The translations under genes and the position numbers were made by a program. A DNA stretch of 64,000 nucleotides from Hormiphora californensis (Eukaryota; Animalia; Ctenophora). A model generated the notes under the pieces. The model saw only the letters and a program-made list of their open reading frames with translations, was not told the origin of the DNA and ran no database searches. The stretch's first letter is position 1, and the number at the start of each line of letters is the position of its first letter. Below, piece after piece: positions 1 through 36,063 of the stretch. The stretch spans positions 4,340,001 through 4,404,000 of the forward strand of contig CM035356.1 of NCBI GenBank assembly GCA_020137815.1, in the 5' to 3' direction.

Positions 1-221
1 GTCACTTCATATCTTTTTCGTTCAAGAGATACTATCTCAGGGAACTGGCATGTGTTCTCAACAGGGGGCCGGATTTACTTTATATCACCGACCTGCTATT
101 AAAAACACAATATATCTCAGACAACATCCTGCACACAGACAGATATGATGAGATGCACATATAGTACAACACATTTCACCACTTCCATTTCCTCATGTGC
201 TAACTGCTACTTACTGTTATA

Positions 222-652
222 TCCCGATTTACCGGGAGGATAACTTCCCCCATAATAGGAAATGAGTGGTGTTCTATTTACCGCTTCTCCCGGTAATAGT
301 AGAGTCGATAACTACATCGACCTCTCCCAATTGTTCCAGTTTTTGTCACGGGATTAATGATTACAGGAGAACGGCTTGAAATATCTCTTGGAGTCTCCGG
401 ATGGTTACTCAGGGGACCTAGAGCTAACTTTTGACACCCATGGTTTTGCCCCAAGTTGAAAAAATTTAGTCAGGTTTTTGTTATGATCAGCAACATTTCA
501 ACTGCTGATTACGCCAAGATGAAAACAGTTTGTGAAAAAGTAACACCTGTTTAGAGGTCGTGTCGAGGCTCCAAACAGATGTGACAAAAACTGGAACAAT
601 TGGGAGAGGTCGATGTAGTTATCGACTCTACTATAAATGGGGACCCGACTGT
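222..652. mobile_element. Degenerate copy of the CAGTCGGACCCCGATTTACCGG MITE family, interrupted by a second MITE
   Basis: cccgatttaccggg at ~222. The right end cccggtaa|taaatggggacccgactg is split by the 297-633 insertion and matches the intact copy at 16423-16580. Confidence 0.65.
297..633. mobile_element. 337-bp MITE with 53-bp perfect TIRs (TAG...CTA) and TAA target-site duplication
   Basis: tagtagagtcgataactacatcgacctctcccaattgttccagtttttgtcac (297-349) is the reverse complement of 581-633; TAA at 294-296 and 634-636. Confidence 0.85.
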
Positions 653-1296
653 ATTGTCAGATACGGAAGGCGCGAGTGAGAATTTGTATTCAAAGGACCT
701 TGAAATTCGCGCGGTTCAAAATCCGCACGTGCAGAATTTGCGCGGTTTACACAGTCTACACACCCGCGCGGACCCAATTACAAAAAACGCACCGCGCCCT
801 CCGTAAACAGTGAATAAGGACTGTGACTGATCTGTCCCCGGGGTAAGATTCAATGACCAATGTCAACCACCACTCTGTTTTTAAATAAAACGTAACAACT
901 CAGAGGTTTTACAAGTTTTAAACGTGATTCAATAATTTTAAAAAGAGAACAAATCAATTTTCATCTGAACATATCTTTACAAACTTTATTTTGCTATAAA
1001 TAACTAAATTTAGCAAAATAATGACACATCAAAAAGATTCAACGACAACAGTTTAGAGTTTTATAAAATTATCACCCAAAAAACATGATATGAACTGTCC
1101 TATCAATTAATATAAACACATTTATTTAAACACTGGAATATAGTGCCCCAGATAAAAAATCTTAATTAAAAAAGAAAAACACTGTTTCATTAAATCTACA
1201 AATAACACGGCCTAGATAAATTGTCTACGGCTGTTTAATTGTTTTTGCTTCAAGTTTAGTTGGTGATTATTTCAATAGTTCCCTAGTGTTCCATTG

Positions 1297-26732
<25,436 letters not shown>

Positions 26733-28980
26733 TTTGTTGTCTCTCCTCCTGAAATTGAACTTTGAATTATTCAAACAAATCACATGAAAACCAAAAACCA
26801 CCGTTGGTTTGTATTTGTAATTCTTCAAACTTGGTATTTGGTAATTAACCTATGACCCTTTGTGGCAGTAGCTTCATTTATTATCCCATATCATCGCACC
26901 CATTAAAATACATTATAACCACTTATTTATTGACAGTATGTGACTTGGAGGCGATGTATTGTTGGCATGAATTCAGAAATATGTCTTGTCCCAATTGAAA
27001 CGTATGAAAGGTGCCAGAATTAAATAAGCGCCAGCTATATATTACTGCCAACTATATTATTATAGTGTTACCGGGAACTACAGAAATAGAAAATGCGGTG
27101 GTGGTTTCGTCATTACCGCATGGGTCACCTCCTAATTTTATACACCGGAAGTGGTGTATTAGTATAATGGGACAAAAGAAGGTAGAATAACATACTATCT
27201 ATGGACACTTTGAGGACACATTTGAGGACGCATTGAAAACTTTTAGTAGACAGAACTGTCATTCTACCCAAAAGATTGTTATTCTAGAATTTGAGAGTTG
27301 GAAGAATTATTGAAGCAATGTCTTTCGCTGTATCGCTTGTTGAAATATTGCAGCGAAGCGTGTTATTATATCGACTCTGAAGTCCGAGTTTCAGAATTTT
27401 TCTGTCGTAGGTAATTAGCGTGATGACAGAAATCAATTTGGCGACTTCATTTTAGCCACTACACAATGCATTGCTCAGACATTCTTATGGTTAAACAGAA
27501 AACTGTGTCGCCTGCATGTTAGTTCAAATCAGACAATAACGAAATTCTGCAATAACAAATCACATTCTTGATATGATATCGCAGTAATTCAAAATAACAG
27601 AGTGCACTGTAAACGAACAGTGCCAGCCGTTCCTACTCCCTTGAGTGATATATAACAGCTGACTATAAATCAGTGAATATTTATTATTTAGTGACTTAAC
27701 CCCCTCCCTTTCTTTTTTTGACTTACCGAAGACTTACACCACATTGTACTGTTCTAAAGGGTGGCAACGGGGCGCCAGCAGGGGGTGCCAACTCAGCAGT
27801 GGAGCTAGGCTAGAGAAGGAAGGGAAGGTTTAAGAGCTATGAACAGTGAAAAAACAAAAATTACACAGAAGAAGACGTGAAAATAAGAAGAAACAATTGC
27901 GTTGAACTATGAACTGAAAGAAGAACTAGATCAAGGTGCGGGGAATAACAAACACTGGTTAGAAAAGTATCTGTTTTCAATTGAACTCCTGCACCCTATC
28001 GATAGGATAAAAGGGTTCACAGATCACACACTTTTAAGCTTAGCCTATATCAAGACTAGCAAAGTTTTCAAAAAGTTTCCAAAAAGTTTCCAAAAAGCAA
28101 TCATATAGATTGATTTCATTAAGACACGCGTTAAAAGCACGTTGGTATAACAATAGATAGCTGATACTATTCTTAGTGCGGAATCCGGTAGCAATAGCCA
28201 AATTAAAACCGTTTCCTTGCCTTGCCAATACACACACAGTAAGCTGACACTATCTCTCCCAGTTTCTTTTTCTTTGTCTCTCTCTCTTTCCCTCTCTCTT
28301 TCTTTGAGTCTCAAGATAACAACTGCCAAGAACAACTAAAAACTCAAATACGTGTGTGTGCCCTTGCAGAAAATGGCGTCAGAAGAATTAGCGTCGAACC
28401 AACTACTCAGAATGCGGATACTTTCTAAGTTTTCTCGATACAAACAACCAGTCGACATTCAGTATATAATAGTGCGTGCCAATTAACAATTTGAGGGATG
28501 TCCCGCAGTTACAGTTGTACTCTGCCAAGTTCATGCAAGCTACTTAGGGCCAACCGGAAAAGCATTTGACAACTGTGCAAATTCAGATAATGCTTCATAC
28601 TGTTACTCCTTAAAGAACCCCGGGCCACCCGAAACAGCTTCTGAACGAGACAACTGATGTAGAAAAACAGTAAAACATCAAAGGAAAATTCGAGTCAAAG
28701 ACAATTGTACAAACAACAAAAATCAACGCATACCTAAATTTTGAAATAACAGCTATCGAAATGGAGTTAATGAACTACACAAAAAATTTAACAAGAAGAG
28801 AACTAGTTGGCAATGGCGATTCCAAAACGTACATTACATTTTCAGAGTGATCAACTCGGTGGTTTCGCAGGAAAACTGCACACATTTAACAGGCTTGTTA
28901 TTAACAGCTCCAGGGCAATGTCGTGGTCGGTGGAAATAAGGTCACATGTTGTGGTGTTGTGAGGGACATGCCACGTACCG

Positions 28981-29182
28981 AATTCTATCTAGGACAGACA
29001 CTCAATTCTATCAAGGACAGACACTCAATTCTATCCAGGACAAACACTCAATTCCATCTAGGACAAACACTCAATTCCATCAAGGACAAACACTCAATTC
29101 CATCAAGGACAGACACTCAATTCTATCCAGGAGAGATACTCAATTCTATCAAGGACAAACACTCAATTCCATCAAGGACAAA
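28981..29182. repeat. 23-bp minisatellite x~9 (caaggacaaacactcaattccat)
   Basis: Visible directly; produces spurious ORFs 28923-29231 and 28946-29218. Confidence 0.9.
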
Positions 29183-31680
29183 GTTTGTCACAAACACTCA
29201 AATCGGAGTACATCTTAGGAAATTTTGGTGAAAACACACTAGGCAATCATCATTACAATCGGTAATGACAACATAAAATAACAAACGATTGCTAAACACA
29301 CAATTATAGGCATACAGATGTGCGTTAAGTGAACCTTCTGTGAACAATGAACATAGTGTCACCTGACACAGCTATACAATTTGTCACGGGATACTGCAAT
29401 TAGCAGTTTTCTTGTTCAGGCGGGACAATTGGTTCAAACAATTGTATCGGGTTCATACTTCACTTATCACAGCTGGTCCGAAGTGGAAATTGCTTTGTGA
29501 TACAAACTGAAACTTCAAAATTCATTCTTCCTAGGTATATCCATTCTTCAACTGCATGGGTATACCTATAGGTTCACCACCCACCCACAACAATGAACAG
29601 CAAACACAATGACGTTGGATGAACACATGTCGATCAATTAACGCACCCTGTCGCGTGTTTTGAATAAATGTATTGGGGGGACAAAATATTAGAAGGAAAA
29701 AAACCATGGTTCAATGTTAACTCACAAAAAGGGCAGCAATTAGGACGCCAGATATTATCAAATCATAGGGAGTGTTACTATAACTACACAACTCGAGATA
29801 TGATAATAAAAACATTATACATTATATTACACAGACACAACAGCAGACTATATAACAGCTCAGACTGCATTTCCGCCCCACTAACAGCTCTCTCTCTGTA
29901 TGTTATACAGTGTGTGTGTGTACTAGTTAGCACCACAATTCACAGCAAGCATAGTGGGTAAACAAGGGACATCGAGCTTGGCTTTCACAGCTATATAATA
30001 TCCTATATCTTGATCATGTGGGTGTATGTGAAGGGTTCTGAACTGCTAATTAGCACAAGAACCTAAACACATGTGTGTAAACATGGCATGTGGCGCATCT
30101 GCATGGACGCCAAGTACTAATATACGGATAGTGAACAACAATCCTAATAAAAACACAACTCTTGGCACCTATCCTACAGGCATGGATTTGGAAAAAGAGA
30201 GAGCACATAGGAGGGAGAGAGAGAGAGTAGGTCTGTGGGGAGCAGCTAAATTTAGACACGTATATAGAACTGTACATGTGTGTGCTGAAAATAGCAAGCT
30301 TTAACGAATTCTCGTTAAGGACATGTATCATAGCTTGTCACGTGGGGTTTACGTCATAAGGCGCAGGTAATCAAGTGGTAAATTATCACGTGATATCACG
30401 GCCATTTTCTTTAGAGATCCACTTATTATACAGTTCCTTCTTGGATGTGTGTGTGTAGGAGCGGCTGGTATGTTGCCAGTCTGGTTATGGAGCTGGTGGT
30501 GTACCATGGAGGCTTCAAGCCACCGCTCGTGGGTTGTTGTTACTCAACAACTTATGGGGGGATTGCAGGGTTGTCGTGGATGAGTTTTCCCGGCTTTGGC
30601 TCATCATCCTTCTTGGTTTTTGGTTAATTGGATACCACTGACACCTCTCCTGTGGTCAGCATAGTAACCCTTATGAAGCAGTAGAATATATCTGAATACC
30701 ACTGATTATGCCTATAATTATCTGCATTATTTGAGAACGTTGATATGAAGAGTGAGAAAGAATGGAGTAATTAGGATAGCACATGACTAAGTTGTTGTCA
30801 ACACCGTAATTTTCATTCGGCAAAAACCGAGCAGATGATATTTGTCGAATTAATCCTGGTGATCTGGTACCATGCAGTGGTATAATTGGTGACATGGAAA
30901 CCTGCGAGATTGAATATCTCATTCTTATATGAGACAAGATGCAAGGGATCCAGCAGTGGTAGGCCGGTTTTAGGGAATCTTGGTTTACCAATAATTGGAA
31001 TATAACGAATTAAAACACGTGAATTGGATGGAAAATAACATCATGATAATATATCGAACTGTATCATTGCACTGGCAAGTGCCCCGGGGCCTAAAGGGGG
31101 GTGTGGGGGCACAGCCCCCACCATAAACGGGGGTGTGGGGGCAGAGCCCCCACCTTAGAAATACCCTCTAACTCAAAAAACAAAAGAGAGAGCACACGCA
31201 ACACTTCTACACACAAGCGCGTGAAACCAGTGCTACTATATACCATTGCAGATTTCGAGGTTTTTGATGCATTAAAAAAGCATGCTCCAGATGAAGTAAA
31301 GAGCTGAAATTTTGTACTCTAAGGGCCCTCATATAGGAGAAGAGGCATGCAAATTTTCAGAACGATAGGATGTAAGGTAAAAATTTGCCAGAGGGGTCCC
31401 AAAATGCAAAAATGTAAGGAGGGGGAGGGGAGGGGAGGGGAGGGGGAGGGGGAGGAGGACGCTTTTTTATCTTTGAGTGTTCTCCTAAACCACAAATAGT
31501 AGAGACTTGCCGTTTGAAACAGTGGTTCCTTACATCATTGCGCTCGGTAATAGCTGTGTGAGAACTTCGAAATCGCCAAAGTTCATTAATTATTCATTAA
31601 TTAGTCATTAAATATTCATTTTAACTATGGTTGCGATATTACACGACTGGAAGGTCATAAAGACTTGAAACCGGTCTTAT

Positions 31681-32351
31681 TCGACGCGGAATGGTCGGTT
31701 TATGGGGGGTCTTACTCGGGTCAAAAATCCCTATCTCGCACCGTTAAGCCGTCATTTGCATATTTATGTACTTATTCACGATTTTATGCATATTTGCAAT
31801 ATTTTCACTTCGGCTGGTCCTTAAACGTTTTCATGGCCATATTTCGACGCAAAATAGTCGATTTATGGGGGGTCGTCCCCCGGACAAAAAGTCGTATCTC
31901 GGACCGTTTAGCCGTTATTTGCATATGTATGCACCGATTCATAATTTAATGCATATTCTGAATACTTCCAGTTCAGCTGGTCCTAGAACGTTTTCATGGA
32001 CATATTTCGAAGCAAAATAGTCGATTTATGGGGGGTCGTCCCCCGGACAAAAAGTCGTATCTCGCACCGTTTAGCCGTTATTTGCATAATTATGCACCTA
32101 TTCACGATTTTATGCATATTTTCAATATTTTCACTTTAGCTGGTCCTAGAACGTTTTCATGAACATATTTCGACGCGGAATCGTCGATTTATGGGGGGTC
32201 TTACTCGGGACAAAAAGTCGTATCTCGCACCGTTTAGCCGTTATTTGCATAATTATGCCTAACGTTTTCATGATATTTTCCAATATTTTCCTTGTAGCTT
32301 GTCCTAAACGTTTTTCATTGACATATTTCGAGACGCGGATCGTCGATTTAC
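31681..32351. repeat. 163-bp tandem satellite x4 plus a partial unit
   Basis: Units start at tcga 31681, 31844, 32007, 32170 and 32328; shared gtcgatttatggggggtc...aaaagtcgtatctcgcaccgtttagccg. Confidence 0.9.
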
Positions 32352-32372
32352 TGAATCGTCGAATAGGCGTTA

Positions 32373-32376
<4 letters not shown>

Positions 32377-32461
<85 letters not shown>

Positions 32462-32677
32462 AGAGAGAGAGCAGAGACAGAGACAGAGACAGAGACAGAG
32501 ACAGAGACAGAGACAGAGACAGAGACAGAGACAGAGACAGAGACAGAGACAGGACAGACAGAGACAAGACAGAGACAGAGACAGAGGCAGAACAGAGACA
32601 GAGACAGAGACAGAGACAGAGACAGAGACAGAGACAGAGACAGAGACAGAGACAGAGAAAGAGACAGAGACAGAGAA
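32377..32677. repeat. (GA)n plus (GAGACA)n microsatellite
   Basis: Visible directly. Confidence 0.95.
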
Positions 32678-32724
32678 AGTTGTTTACCGTATTAATAATC
32701 GGTTAGAAATCTAACAATATTATA

Positions 32725-35106
32725 ATGTTTCAGAAAAACTTCAAAAATTGTGTTGGCATGAATAAAAAAATTGTAAAAAAAGCCAGCAAAATGGGGTCTG
32801 TCGCAAATAGTAGTTCCAATATAACAACTGTCAAAGGAATTGAGAAAGTAGGTTGGGTGAAACTGAGAAATAATATAAAAGGTTGTAAAAAAACTTTGGG
32901 CGAGTTTGAGCATAAAAGATCATTGCAAACGTTACCAATGGATAATCGTTATGGCGTATTTTGGAGTTTAGATATGGTAGATTGGAAATCAACAAAAGAG
33001 AATGACACTGATAGCGAAACAGAAATCATTTTGGGTGGAGCTCGTAGTAAATCGAAAATCGGGTATAAGAAGAAACAACGCAAGGAAGTATTGGAAGATG
33101 ATAATGACTCAAAAGAAAAAGATCATGTGGATGGACCTAGCACAAAAGTGGTCATTTCCAGAGAAAAGGCTAAAATGAGACGAGAAAAGTATAATAATAG
33201 CAAGGAAGGGGCAAGAAAGAATAAAGACGCAAAAAAGAACTGGAACATTAGTAACAGTGAGGTGGCGAAGGCTGCTAAGAAGGTCTGGAAAAAAAGTGAA
33301 TCAGGAATGAAAGACAAAGCGAGATGGAACAGCAGTGAGGTGGCTAAAGCTGCTAAGAAGGGCTGGAAAAAAAGTGAATCAGGAATGAAAGACAAAGAGA
33401 GATGGAACAGCAGTGAGGTGGCTAAAGCTGCTAAGGCGGCGTACAAGGCCAGTGAAGCAGGAGTTAACGTGCAGACGAAGTGGAATAGCAGTGAGGTGGC
33501 TAAAGCTGCTAAGGCGGCGTACAAGGCCAGTGAAGCAGGAGTGAAGGCGCAGACCAAATGGAATAGCAGTGAGGTGGCCAAGGCTGCTAAGGCGGCGTAC
33601 AAGGCCAGTGAAGCAGGAGTTAACGTGCAGACGAAGTGGAATAGCAGTAAGGTGGCTAAAGAAGCTAAGAAGGGCTGGAAGAAAAGTGAATCAGGAATGA
33701 AAGACAAAGAGAGATGGAATAGCAGCAAAGGTAAAAAAATCTGGCAAAAGGGAAAGACAGGAAGGGACAGCAATAGTAAATCTGTAAACAAGTGGAGAAA
33801 GAATGAACAAAAGAAGTTGATCATGTTGAAGATTAATGGTCAGCACTTGATAAGGGGAAATAAAGCTGACAGAGGAGAAGTTAGTTGTGACTTTGACGCA
33901 GATGACAGCAGGAAGGAGATAAGAGACAAAATAAGAGTGATACAGGTAGAGAACGGGGATAGAAGTGTTCAAAAAAGGTTCAATAAAGCTCGGGATGAAA
34001 TAGTTCGAGGTAGGCTAGGGGTCTTCCTTCCAAGAGTTCCACAGCCTTTGAAAATGGGGAAAAACTTCAAAGGGTCAAGATTTGGTAGTACTAACAGCAT
34101 AGTGCAATATAAAATTGGAATTATGAGAGTGTTGAAGAGAACGCTAAAAGGCTATAGTAATGCCGAACTGTATACGTTACATGATAAGATATTCAGGCCA
34201 AGTAAAAGCGTAGCACAGGAACCATCTACAGTTATTTGGCTGATAAGTAAATTTATATCCGAAACAATTCTTGTGCGGCATAATCAGTGGGTCCATAATA
34301 TGTATTCGTGGGGATACAAATTGAGCACAGATTGTGAAAACTATTTAGAAATGGAGAAACGCAAAAAGAGCGGTGTGGATGCATTAGGAATCAAATGTCA
34401 CACAAAAGGGAGTAAGCCCAAATTCCCGAGTGCGAGTTTCAAAAATGGACGGCAGTTTGAGTTTAAGACAGACACAAAAGTATATAATTGCGATGAAAAC
34501 TGCATTAAAGCAACTAAAACCGAGAAAGAACAATACAGAGATGCTTTACAAAGATGGGGGTCCATTGGAGTTACGCGGGATATCCGAAGTATAAGGAAAG
34601 TTATACAAGAGGAATACGATTGTGGCGAGGAAAAGGTTAGATCTGCAGCTAAAGATATTTACATGCTGACAGTGGATCACAATAATCACCCTGAAGAATG
34701 CCATGTCGAGCCTGAAAAATGTGGTAGTGGGTATGTGTTGTTACAGAAGCTTGCCGTGCACTACAGAAATGCACGAAACATTAGTACCTTACTGGCAAAA
34801 TTAAAAACGGCAGATCAGTTCCTATGTGATATTCACACAGCGGCGATGGTTGGCGATATTCCTTACTTAATGTTACTACTTTGTTACTTGCCCCCTTCAT
34901 CACCTATAACATTTGATGTGGAGAGAGATCATGAAGTAGTTAACCTCAAAACAATGAAAGAAAAGTACGGGAAACTAGTGGATGAATATTATAAATCTAT
35001 TAGAGATATGCCAAAAATCCGTTGCATCTCGTGTGATATATTAGTAACGGATGGGAGTAGTGTGACCATCACTAAACGACACAAGCATACTGGAAATGAA
35101 ATGTAT
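32725..35106 (+). CDS. Helitron RepHel polyprotein part 1 (basic N-terminus, 26-aa repeats, Cys/His-rich region, first CxxC of the pre-DUF6570 zinc finger)
   Basis: The 870-aa ORF's last ~76 codons read into an insertion. RCISCD pairs with LCEYC in the next ORF, which is in the same frame (36064). Confidence 0.75.
33241..33726 (+). repeat. 78-bp (26-aa) coding tandem repeat WNSSEVAKAAK..., ~6 copies in two variants
   Basis: Seen in the ORF translation and in DNA (tggaatagcagtgaggtggctaaagctgctaag). Confidence 0.9.
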
Positions 35107-35107
35107 A

Positions 35108-35285
35108 TAGTACATAACGTTCTGCACGCAGTGCAAGCGCGCCATATACGCTCTGCACTGCAGAGCGTATATGGAGGTGAAATGCACGACAGCGCAGCTG
35201 GAGTGCATTTCACACCTATATTGCACGAGTGTAACGAGTGCGATATAGGAGCGCTTGCACATGCCGTGCAGGACGTTATTGAGTA
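35108..35285. mobile_element. MITE A (178 bp) with cloverleaf-like internal structure, flanked by TATA
   Basis: Outer stem 35114-35140 / 35251-35279 encloses three hairpins. Confidence 0.7.
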
Positions 35286-35289
35286 TATA

Positions 35290-35783
35290 TTCCGCGAGAA
35301 AGCACATGACAAGCAAAACAATCATAATTTTGGGTGATTACACACAGAGAGATGTGACAAAACAAGGTACAAACTAAGCAAAACTACACAAAAATACACT
35401 TCTACACCTGTTACACACAAGGGAACTCGTTCTGTTAGTTTTATAAAACTTATAATTAGTGAAAAGAAGAGAGGGATAAAGAGAGAGATACGAGAGAGGG
35501 AGATTGGAATTCTTGGTAATGGTGAACAACAAAACACGATAAGGGGATAATTAGTGAGAGAAAGAGGGAGAGTGAGTGTAATTTGACAGACTTTGTGTCG
35601 CTTGGCACTGTGTCAGTCATATTCTGTGTGTTTGTGTGTGAATAAGGTGTAAAAACACTGAGGGGACACTGTTCTTACTTATATCCCGCTACCCCTATAT
35701 CTGCACGCTCCCGCGGAAGCAGAGTGCATATTTCACCGTGCAAATGGTCGCGCGGAGCGGGAGTGATATGTGCACTCGCGGTA
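35290..35783. mobile_element. MITE B (~494 bp) with short imperfect TIRs, flanked by TATA
   Basis: ttccgcgag(aaa)gcacat ... atgtgc(a)ctcgcggta. Confidence 0.55.
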
Positions 35784-35787
35784 TATA

Positions 35788-36060
35788 AAGTCGAATTTTT
35801 TAATCAAGGGACAGGGGGCCGCGCATTCAGAGAGGTCGCGCGGCGTTGTATTTGCGCGTGATAATCGAGATCAAGTTCCTGGCAATCTTAAGACTTGCAC
35901 CCAAAAGCGTTGGAAAGATAATTTTAAGACCTTTTCAACGCAACCAAGACCAAGTCTTTATCTTATCAGGAACAGGAGATATGAGCGAAAACGTTTAGCA
36001 CGCGCAAAAAGACTTTTGTAAATGCGCGGCCCCCTGTCCCTTGATTAAAAATTTCGACTA
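35788..36060. mobile_element. MITE C (273 bp) with ~40-bp TIRs, flanked by TATA
   Basis: agtcgaattttttaatcaagggacagggggccgcgcatt ... aatgcgcggccccctgtcccttgattaaaaatttcgact. Confidence 0.85.
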
Positions 36061-36063
36061 TAT

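Noticed and set aside
28400-29570. Possible decayed Penelope GIY-YIG (ASYLG) and LINE (VEEWIYLG) fragments
   Set aside because: Motifs too short and interrupted to support without a search.
35108-35285. tRNA or tRNA-derived SINE
   Set aside because: Stems too long; no recognisable A/B boxes or T-loop.
35107-36063. Spliceosomal intron or Introner in the Helitron ORF
   Set aside because: No GT-AG pair at the boundaries restores the frame; the TIR and TSD structure explains it.
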